Source: Fimicolochytrium jonesii
Taxonomy: Eukaryota
Assembly (NCBI RefSeq): GCF_025526975.1
Contig: NW_026515676.1
Location: forward strand, 558,001 to 622,000
Length of the DNA stretch: 64,000 nucleotides
Direction: 5' to 3'
Part shown: one piece after another, positions 25,748-36,400 of the stretch
Layout of the letters: each line of letters starts with the position of its first letter
How positions within the stretch are numbered: the stretch's first letter is position 1
Program-made: the position numbers and the translations under genes
Notes under the pieces: generated by a model
What the model saw: the letters and a program-made list of their open reading frames with translations, nothing else
The model's database searches: none
What the model was told of the DNA's origin: nothing

Positions 25748-28645
25748 TGTAACGTCAGAGGAAACGTAGACGATATTGGGCCCTTCCGAGACGGCTGAGA
25801 GCAATGTATTGTAGTGAAGAAAAAAGTAAGAAGCTCTTCGCAGCAGCCGCTCGACTGACAGCTTTATATATGGGCTGCTAGTGGGGCTTGCGTGGCTTCA
25901 GCGAGGCTTGGCGCCTTATGTAATGTATATCAAGAGCTCGGGTGGCCAGCCCGGGTCTCGGATCAAGTAGAAGTAAAGAGATATAATATGAAAAACAAGT
26001 GAAGATGAGATATCCCTGACACCTCCCTCAGGTCCTGAGGAGGGCGCCGAATAAATAAGAGGTGAACTACAAGGGATATGTGAAGAAAGGGAGAGCTCAT
26101 GTTCATTTTCAAGTGTTGTTGCACTTGTTCATTTTATAGTGTTGACGCACTGTGTAATGTGTGTGTTTGAGGCAAAGGCGGCCCTAAGCCGACGTCGTGT
26201 GTGATGTGGGTGTGTAAGGTCGGTTCTTGCGTCGCTGCGCGTGATGTGATGTAGTTTACGTCGCTATTGTCAGCGGTGTGATTGATAGTGAGCGGTTCTT
26301 GCAGCGTTGCGCGTGTGATGTGATATGGGATGCTCTATGCTGTTCGTCTCCGTATCCACAAAGATTGTGGGTGAGCTTTTTGCCATCGTTTGTAGGCAGG
26401 CGTGTAGGGAAGTGCGGATTTGGGTTCCCAAGTGGGGTCAGGATAACCGAGCCATTTGACTAGAAGATTTCGTATGGCGCGTCGCTCGTCGATGATATCT
26501 TCTACAACCCATTCAGGTTGTCCGCGTTCTTTGATTGGTGGAGGAGGTTGTGGAACTGCACGTTGCGGATATTGCTCTTCGCGATGTGGTCGTAAAATAT
26601 TGACGTGAAAGACAGGCCAGATGCCGCTGATCTTCGATGGTGATAAATCGAGTTTGTAGGTATCAGGATGTGCTCCCAGTGCAATGATTTTGAATGGTCG
26701 GATCCACGTAGCTGAGTATCAAAGTCCTCTTCGAGCGTCTACTTCTAGGTTGATTCCTTGTCAATTTAGATCGACAAGGTCGCCAATTTGATATGCGATT
26801 GGGGTTCGACCTTTGTTGTGTTGACGTGCGAATTGATCTTGCGATCTCTGAAGGTTTTTGCGTACAATACGGGCGATGTCTTCCTGCCCTTTCTTGAAGA
26901 GTTCGATCTTGTTTCGATCTACAGCTTGAAGTTTGTGTTCTTGTCCTTTGAGTGTTGGATTCCAACCCGGAAGGATTGGAGAGCATCCGAGATCTACTTC
27001 GAATGGCAATAAACCTTCATATTCCTCCCTCAGAGTGGTATTGTATGTGAATTCGATTAAAGGCAATAGTTTTTTCCAATTGCTTTTGTCGCAGTTGAGG
27101 TATTGCTTCCAAATCCTGTTCAGGGTTTGGATGGCTCGCTCAACTTTGCCGTCAGTTTGCTGATGACGAGCCGTAGCAAATTCGTGTTTTACACCGAGGA
27201 GAATATCAAATGCGAGGAAGAAGTCGGAAAGTGCGCAAGGTTCGCGATCCGTAACGCAGATTTTTGGTGTACCGACATGATTCCAAACATGATCTAGAAA
27301 GACTTGAGCTAGTTTGCGTCCAGTAATTGTCCTCTTGATCAGTGTTAGAATCACACGTCCGGAAGGGTAATCAATGCAGACAAGATAAGAGTTTGTTTCA
27401 TCTACTTCGAAATGTCGAATCCAATTGTGTGCCATATTCCAAAAGGTATAGGAAGAGGTCAAAGAAATCCATATCGACAATGACCTGGTTTGAATTGTCC
27501 GCAGGATTTGCAAGTCCCAACGTATTTGATGACGTCGGAGCGTACGGTAGGCCAGTAATAGTCCGTAAGAATTCTCGCAAGAGTCTTCTTAACACTGAGA
27601 CGTCCTCCGGTGGCGAGTTCGTCATGGAATTTCCGCAAAATCTCCGGGCAAATGTCTTTAGGAACGTATAGACGTCCTTCATGTCGTACTAATCCATTTT
27701 CGAACGTATAACGGAGTTCTTTTGAAGTTTTCTCGTGATGAGGCTTTCGAGAAATTTCATCGAGATAATCCGAATATGGATCTTCGCGTAGCGCTTTTTT
27801 CCATTCTTCTTCTGAGCAGGTAGGTGAGTTTCGTGGATCGTCTATCGTAGCGTTGGAGGAAGGTTCATTGACAAGCATGTTGCTGATCTGCGTATGCATG
27901 TCGAGGCGTTGTTGACAATCTACACACCGAGGCGCATAGATTGGATTGCGGGAGAGTATGTCGGCAATATGATTCCATTGTCCAGGTAAATACCGGATGT
28001 CGAAATCATACTCTTGGTGCTTCTCCACCCAATTGGCTTGTCTTCTGCTCAAATGGGGTTGCGTTTGGATGAATTCGAGTCCCTTGTGATCGCTAAAACA
28101 TCGGAAGTAACGACCGATGAGATATAGTCCATTGGCGACCAACATCTTGACAGGAGCTAAAAGCTCTTGTTCGTGCGTAGGATATCGAGTTTCTGCGTCC
28201 TTCATCTTTCTAGAAAAGAAGACCACAGGCCGGAGCCGAGGTAACTTCTTCCATTGTCCGACAAGAGTAGGCAGATTAGTAGGGATCGTTTCATCGCCAG
28301 AAGGTTGTCCAATCCAGCCAGCAATAGCGTAGCCTGATGAATCGGTATAGACGTAAATCGGCTTGGTTTCGTCGATGGTTGCTAGCGTAGGCGCATTGAT
28401 CAACGCTTCTTTCAAGTTTTGAAATGCCTCTTGTTGCTCAGGACCCCATCGAAATTTGACTTTCGAAGATTAAATACTTGATAGGGGCAGAGCAATGTCC
28501 GAATAACCTTGTACGAAGTCGAGGAAGTAATTCGTGAACCCGAGAAAGCTTTGAACTCCTTTTGTTGACTTTGGAGTAGCCCAATCCTTGATAGCTTGGA
28601 TTTTCGAGGGCGCGATGCGAACACCATGTCTTCCGAAAATATGTT
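25748..28645 (-). mobile_element. Ty3/gypsy chromovirus family D, copy 1 (3' LTR, 3'UTR, chromodomain, integrase, RNase H, end of RT); truncated by A1
   Basis: LTR 25748-26021 (TGT...ACA) with adjacent PPT (plus-strand cctccctca). Degenerate pol motifs YTDSSGYAI, YPTHEQELLA, TDREP, HQQTDGKVER and chromodomain LLVKWLGYPDPTWEP. Confidence 0.9.
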
Positions 28646-31600
28646 TGTTATGATCTCGACGACTGAGGCGGAAGCGAAGTAGAGAAGACAAGGCGCGAGT
28701 GATAGGCGACAAGAGATTGTATTGGCGAAACAAGAGACAAGGACTAGAACAAGAGATGAGAAGAACTGGTGTTGATCTGCTGGGGAGGAAGGGAATGCAC
28801 GAAGAGAGGCCGGCTATCTATAGGTAGGCAACCCAGCAGGCCAGAGAACAACAACAACAAGAGGGGACTGGGGGGGGGGCGCCAGCTATGCCCCTAGAGC
28901 GTGCGTGACAAGCGTAGAGAGCATTGCTACAGCTGCTGGCTTATGGTGAAGTAGTGGGGGATGTGGAGAAGCTGAGGGGGGATTGGCGAAATGAGAGGAG
29001 AGAGGAGGAGCGGCGATATTGCGGGAGGATAGGCAAAATGAGAGGAGAGAGGGAGAGTGGTGTTGACATTGACATTGACACTGACTTTGACACTGACATT
29101 GACATTGACATTGGCGTTTGACATTTGGCGGTTGACATTGGCGGCTGTCAGTAGGTAAGCTTATGGTATGGGCGCGTCATCCATAACATCACCCCTCTCT
29201 TTAGCGGCAGCGGCGGCGGCGTCGAGTTTGGTGTGGCCGCAGAGGAGGTGCTACGGGGACAGAGGAAGGCTTGTTGGGGTACGCGCTGTGGAAGTCCTGG
29301 AGGAGTGCGTCGGTATGGGTGAGGTGTTCCACAGGCTCCCAGGTGTTCTCAGAGTCAGGCCAGCCCTGCCATTTGACCAAGTACTGAAGGCGACGACGAT
29401 GGATGCGAGAGTCAAGGATGGCTTTGACAACCCACTATTCTTGACCCTCAACGGTCTCTGGGGGCGCGGGTTCGGGTTCGTGTCATTCGGGGATGGTGAA
29501 GCGGGGTTCGAGGAGCGAGACAGGGAAGACATCGTGGATTTTGTACGTAGGCGGGAGCTTGAGCCGGTAGGCGACGGGATTGATTTTTTCAACGATGGGG
29601 AATAGCCCAATCTTGCCATGGTCGAGTTTCTGAGAGGGTCGGGTTGTCTGGAGGTTTTTGCGGAGGAGCCAGACGTGGTCGCCAGGCTCGAAGTCCGGTC
29701 CAGGAATTCGTTTGGCATCGGCGAAGCGCTTCATTTGATCTTCGGCTTCCTTGAGCTCGAGGGCGAGCTGTTCATGGACTTCCCTAATTTGTTTAGCGCG
29801 GGCTTCAGCGGCGGGGTTGACGGATTCGGAGGTAGCAGAGGCCGCGAAACTGAAGCGGGGGTGGAGACCCTTGTTGGCGTAGAAGGGGGTGGTCTGGGAG
29901 GCGGACTGATGGGTGTTGTTGTAGGCGAACTCGGCGGACGACAGAAGCTGTTTCCAGTTGTCCTGTTGGTGGTTGCAAAAGCGTCGGGGATACTGCTCCA
30001 GGATCTGGTTGGTGCGTTCCGTCTGGCCGTCGCTCTGGGGGTGAAAGACCGAGGACAGGTTGGCTTTCGCCCCAAGGAGTTCGTGAAGTCGACGCCAGAA
30101 ACGGGACTTGAACTGGGGTCCTTGGTCAGAGATGATGTCGTCGGGGAGGCCGTGGAGACGGATGATATTGTGGGAGACTAGGTCGGCGGTGGATTTGGCG
30201 GATTCTGACTCTCTGCAGGCGATGAAGTGGGCCATCTTGGTGAGGGGGCAGTTGACGTTCAGGATGGAGTCGTACCCATCAACGGGAGGCAGACCGGTGA
30301 TAAAGTCCAGGGACCAAGATCCCCAAGGGCGGGTAGGGATACTGTTGGGCTGGGGTAGGCCGTAGGGTTTGTGTCGACTGGATTTCGCTTGGCTACAGAT
30401 ATCGCAGGACTTGACGTAGGCCTTGACGAAGCGCCACTGGCTGGGCCACCAGTAGTTGCGGGAGGCGAGTTTGAGCGTCTTGGAACATCCCAAAGTGGCC
30501 GGCTAGGGGTATATCGTGCATGTCGTGGCAGACTTCAGCTCGGAGCTCGTTGGTGGGGACATAGACAAGGTTATCGTGCAGCAGGATCCCATCTTCATCT
30601 GAGAACCGCTTGATACGATCTTGGGTTTCCTCGGTCCGTTGGGCAAGGGGTATCTTGAGCTCTTTGCGGATGGTCTTAGCGAGGGGATCAGAGGCCTGGG
30701 CGGCCTTAATCTTGTCAAGCAGCGTAGTATCCATGGGTGTGAGGTAGGCCGCGGCGAGTCGAAGGCGTTCGGGAGTCAAAATTGTGGTCGCCTGGGAGCG
30801 GAACGCTTCTTCCCCCTCCTTTAGCTCATGTTCGGAGCGTCGGGAGAGGGCATCGGCTTGGTGCTGCTGGGAACCGGGGCGATAGGTAATGACAAAGTCA
30901 AAATCCGAGAAGAATATCGACCAGCGGGCTTGGCGGCGGTTCAGGGTGCGGGTGGTCATGAAGTACTGAAGGTTTTTATGGTCGGAGTAAACGGTGATCT
31001 TGTGACGGGCGCCAATGAGATGGTGTCGCCACTGGGCAAAGGAGTCTTGGATGGCCAGAAGTTCCTTGTCGTAGATCTCGTAGTTGATCTCTTCGGCCGT
31101 GAATTTGCGAGAGTGGAAGGCCACAGGGTGGAGCTGATTGTCCTGGTCAGGTTGGAGGAGAACTGCGCCAAGAGCGAAGTCGGAGGCGTCAGTTTCGACG
31201 ACGAAGGGCTTCTCTGGGTCAGGGTGAGCAAGGATGGGGGCGGTGGTGAATGATTTCTTCAGGTTCTCAAAGGCGGTGTTTGCGGCGGGCGTCCAGGCGT
31301 ACGGGATGTCTTTCCGGGTCAGGGCTGTGAGCGGGGTAGCGATCTTGGAATAACCTTGGATGAAGCGGCGATAGAAGTTGGCAAAGCCGAGGAACCGCTG
31401 GACGCGTTTGACATTCTTGGGAGGTTCCCAATCCGTGATGGCAGTGATCTTCTTGGGGTCCATCTGGATGCCTTTCTTGGAGATGATGAAGCCTAGGAAC
31501 TCAATGGATTCGCGGTTGAATTCGCACTTCTCTGGTTTGGCGTACAACCCATGCTGTCGGAGGCGGGACAAGACTTCACGGACATGTTTGGGGTGATCTT

Positions 31601-33498
31601 CGGGGTTCTTGGAGAATATCAGGATATCCTCGAGGTAGACGACAACAAACACATCGAGAATGTCGCGGAAGATGTCGTTCATCTGGTACTGGAAGACGCC
31701 AGGAGCATTGCTGAGTCCAAGAGGCATGACATTGTATTCAAATAGGCCGCAGCGGCAGCGGAAGGCGGTCTTCCATTCATCGCCCGGGCGCATGCGTAAG
31801 AGGTTATAAGCGCCGCGGAGGTCGATCTTGGTGAGACGGCGGGCGCCGCGCAAACATTCCATGATACCGTTGATCAGGGGCAGGGGGTAGCGATTCTTCA
31901 CCGTGATGCTGTTCAGGCTTTGATAATCGACGCAGAGGCGGAGAGAACCGTCCTTTTTCTTCACGAATAAGACTGGCGCACCAGCAGGGGACTTTGAGGG
32001 TTTGATGAATCCTTTGGCGAGGTTTTCTTCGAGGTATTCGCAGAGTGCCTTCATTTCTGATTCGCTGAGGCTGTAGATCGGGCCGAAAGGTGGCTGCTTG
32101 CCTTCTTCCAGATCGATTGGACAGTCGTAGGGCCGGTGCTCGGGGAGAGTGTCAGCATTTCTCTTTTCGGAAACGCAGGCGAAGTCTCGATACTTGGGGG
32201 GCAGGAAGTCTTTGATGTCTTTCTCGGGTGTCGGGGGGTTACTGGGGCTAGGCGAGGCCGGGAGATTGGGTTTCGCAGGGTTGGCGTAGGCGACAAAGAC
32301 CTGGTCATGCCTTGCTGCGACCCGGAAGGCTGGGGCGGAGATGAACGAGACACGGAGCGGCGTGGGAGCCGGTTCTGGGGTGCTGGAGCGAGATACCTTG
32401 GGTACTGGAATCGATCATGTTTTGTCAACGGGCCTTCATCCTGGGGGATGCGGATCACGGGCTCGGGTGTTCTGGCAGGTGCTGGGCTCGGGGGTGCCGG
32501 GGAGTGCTCCCAATTCGCGAATTCATGGTACTGACAGTCGCAACAGAAACCGACCGAAAGGTTCTTGAAGTCAAGGTTAATGTCATGGAGGCGGAGCCAG
32601 GAAAGACCAAGGAGGATTGGGGCGTGGGGTGATTTGGTGACATGGAAGACGAGTTCTTCAAAGTGGTTGTCGACCCACATGCCTACTGGATGGGTGTGAT
32701 GGGTGATTGGCCCAGCAGAGCTGGGTTGACCGTCAACGAGTTCGATCGTCAGTGGACGCTGATGCAGGACTAGGGCGATGCGGTGTTTGCGGGCAAAGTC
32801 TCTGTCGATGAAGCAGGACAGGGCGCCATTGTCGATCATGGCTGAGGTAGGTATCGGGGCGCGGCTGGATGATACCTTGATGGTAACGGGGTAGTTGAAG
32901 GGTTTGACGGGACCCAGGGCAAGCAGGGTGCGTGGGTTAATTTCGGAGTTTTCGACATGGGCGGCGGCTAGGAGGGTTGTGTTGGCTATAACGGAGTCGG
33001 GAACCGGGGGGGTGGCCTCTTCCGTTGCAGGAGCTGCGAAGTTAGGAGGCCGAGAGGAGTGTGTGTTGTCCAGTCGCTGGGGCTTTACTGCGGCTGGACC
33101 TTGGGAAAACCCTGTTCTGTGGAGGTTTCTTCGATGTCGACGTTGGCGGCACGGGTGGTGGTCTTGTTCTTAGCTGGGCAGGCCTTTGCAATGTGCCCCG
33201 GGCCACCGCCGTAGAGGCAGAGGTTGTTGGAAATGCGGCGTTGGCGTTCCTGGGGGCTCAGAGGGCCGCGGGGACGAGCGGCGTCAATCTGCGTGGGCTC
33301 GCTGTGGTCGACGGTGGTGGTAGTAATAAACGAGGTATGGGGAACTGGGAAGGTCTGGCGGGTTGTTTCGTTCCAGGCGGCGCTCAAACAGTCAGTTATC
33401 GCACTGGATAGCCTGCTCCATCACCGTATCAATGGTGGCAGCAGGAGGCATCGTGAGCATCAGATCCTTGACGTCCTCTTTGAGGCCACGGCGGAAGG
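28646..33498 (-). mobile_element. Ty3/gypsy chromovirus family A, copy A1 (Tf1/sushi-like); 3' LTR 28646-29188, truncated in gag
   Basis: 543-bp LTR TGTTATG...CATAACA, PPT AAAGAGAGGGGTGA, chromodomain, integrase, RNase H (ETDASDFALG), RT with mutated YLED, protease (IDNGA) and gag zinc-knuckle remnant. Confidence 0.95.
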
Positions 33499-36400
33499 TG
33501 TTATGATTTCGAAGACTGAGGCGGAAGCGAAGTAGAGAAGACAAGGCGAGAGCGATGGGCAACAAGAGATTGTCGTGCTGAAACAAGAGACAAGGACTAG
33601 AACAAGAGACGAGAAGAACTGGTGTTGATCTGCTGGGGGATCAGGAAGTGGGGAGCTCAGGGGAGGCGGCTATTTATGTTTTTCTGGGAAGGCTGGGGAA
33701 GCGTGGGGAAGCAGAAGGGTACGGAATGAGAGGGAAGCCAAGAGAAGCGCCAAGGGTGGGGAAGCATAGAAGCAGAAGACTGGGGATGGGGTGGCTACGC
33801 TGAGGCTGTGGGCGGGTACGTGGGGAAGTATGGAGAAGGGTTTGTAAGCGCCGAGTGTTGGGAGGTGTGGCTACGTGCGGCTGCGTGGAGAAATGAAGGC
33901 AGTGGCAGGTGTGGGGTAGCGCGGCTGCGTGCGGCTGCGAGGTTTGGCAGATGTCAGGGTTTGACAGGGAATTGACATTGACTGACTGTTGGGATGCTGT
34001 CATGAGGTAAGCGCATGGTATGGACGCGTCGTCCATAACATCACCCCCTCCTTTAGCCACAGGCGTCCGGATGTTGTTTTGATGTTGGCAGGCTTTGGTC
34101 GGGGTTTGTCGGGGTACTTTTGGTGGAACTGGGCAACAAGCTCTTGACATCGGGCAAGGTGTTCCACTGGCTCCCATGTGTTCTCCGAGCTTGGCCAACC
34201 CTGCCACTTGATGAGGTACTGAAGGTGCAGTGCGTCGAATACGGGAGTCAAGAATGTCTTCCACAATCCATTCCTCCTGTCCTTCGACTTCTTCTGGTGG
34301 GGTGGGTTCTGGCTCAGTTCGCTCCGGAATGGTGAAACGTGGTTCAAGAAGGGAGACATGGAAGACGTTGTGAATTTTGTAGGATGGGGGAAGCTTGAGG
34401 CGATATGTGACCGAGTTGATCTTCTCCGTGATTGTGAAGGGGCCAATCTTACGGTGATCAAGTTTCTGGGAAGGTCGGAGAGTCTTGAGATTCCGCTGTA
34501 AGAGCCAGACACTGTCCCCGGGTTTCATGTCTGGGCCAGGTGCCCTCTTAGCATCGGCAAAGCGCTTCATGCGTCCTTGGGCCTCCTTGAGCTCAGTGGC
34601 AAGCTGTTCATGGATTTCCTTGAGATGGTTGGCACGAGCTTCGGCTGCAGGATTAAGGGATTCGGTTGTGGTGGCGGAAGCCAGACTGAATCGAGGATGG
34701 AACCCATAGTTGGCGTAGAAGGGGGTTGTCTGGGTGGCGGAGTGGATGGTGTTATTGTAAGAGAACTCAGCAGAAGACAAGAGTTCCTTCCAGTTATCTT
34801 GTTGATAGTTGCAAAAGCAGCGAAGGTATTGCTCAAGAATCTGATTGGTCCGCTCGGTTTGTCCATCGCTCTGGGGATGGAACGCCGATGAGAGGTTGAC
34901 CTTGGTTCCCAGGAGAGCGAAGAGACGTTTCCAGAAGTGGGAGTTGAACTGTGGGCCACGGTCAGATACAATATCGTCGGGGAGTCCATGGAGCCGGATG
35001 ACATGGTGCCAGATCAGATCTGCAGTTGACTCAGCGGTGGCAGTTTTCCTGCACGGTACAAAGTGCGCCATCTTGGTGAACCGGCAGATGACAACGAGCA
35101 CAGAATCAACCCCATCACTGGCGGGTAGATCCGTGATGAAGTCCATGGAAATTGACCCCCAGGGGCGGTCAGGGACCTGCAGGGGTTGGAGGAGACCGTA
35201 GGGCTTGTGTCTGCTGGTCTTGGCTTGAGCACATACGTCGCAGGACCTGATGTAGGACTTGACAAAACGCCACTGGCTAGGCCACCAGTAGTTGCGTGAG
35301 ATGAGCTCCAGGGTCTTTGACATGCCGTAGTGTCCTGCCAAACGCGTGTCATGCATGTCCCGGCAGATCTCAGCACGGAGCTTGTTGGTGGGGACGTAGA
35401 CAAGGTTGTCGTACAGCAGAACCCCATTTTCCTCGGAGAATCGCTTTATCCGTTCTTGGTCTTCTTGAGATTGCTGGGCAATGGGGGCCCTAAGCTGTCG
35501 CCGGATGGTTTGCGCAAACACATCGGATGCCAGGGCAGCTTTGATTTGGTCAAGGAGCGAGGAGTCCAGTGGGGTCAGATAAGTGGCGGCCAGGCGGAGA
35601 TGGTCAGGGGTGAGGATCGTGGTTTCCTGGGAGCGGAATGCTTCTTCCCCCTCCCTTAGCTCGTATTCAGAGCGACGAGAGAGGGCGTCAGCTTGGTGTT
35701 GCTGGGTACCAGGGCGGTATGTGATGACAAAGTCGAAATCAGCAAAGAAGATTGACCAGCGGGATTGGCGGCGGTTGAGGGTACGGGTAGTCATGAAGTA
35801 CTGGAGGTTCTTGTGGTCACAGTAAACGATGACCTTGTGGCGGGCACCAATGAGGTGGTGTCGCCATTGAGCAAATGAGTCGTGGATAGCCAGGAGTTCC
35901 TTGTCATAGATCTCATAGTTGATTTCCTCAGGAGTAAATTTGCGGGAGTGAAAGGCCACGGGGTGGAGTTGATCTGTGTCATCGGGTTGAAGGAGGACGG
36001 CGCCAAGGGCAAAGTCGGAGGCATCGGATTCGACAATGAAGGGCTTGTCAGGGTCGGGGTGAGTCAGGATAGGTGCGGAGGTGAAGGCTTTCTTGAGGGT
36101 TTCAAAAGCTAGGTGTGCAGCGTGGGTCCATTTGAATGGCAAGTCTTTGCGAGTGAGCGTGGTCAGGGGTGCAACGATCGCAGAGTACCCTTTGATGAAT
36201 CGCCGGTAGAAGTTGGCAAAACCAAGGAAGCGCTGGATGCCTTTGACATTCGTCGGGGGTTCCCATTCGGTAATGGCAGCCGTCTCCTTTGGGTCCATGG
36301 AAATGCCTTGCTGGGAGATGATAAACCCCAGGAACTCAACAGAGTCACGGTTGAATTCGCATTTTTCCGGTTTCGCATACAGCCCGTGCTGGCGGAGTCG

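Noticed and set aside
26100..26330. Short direct repeats in the family D 3'UTR (26-bp tandem; cggttcttgc...gtgatgtgat twice) considered as a CRISPR-like array
   Set aside because: Only two imperfect copies each, in a eukaryotic retroelement UTR with no cas genes.
28924..29138. Short ORFs such as MSNANVNVNV and IDIDIDTD recurring in each A LTR
   Set aside because: By-products of a stop-free hexamer microsatellite; no evidence of coding.
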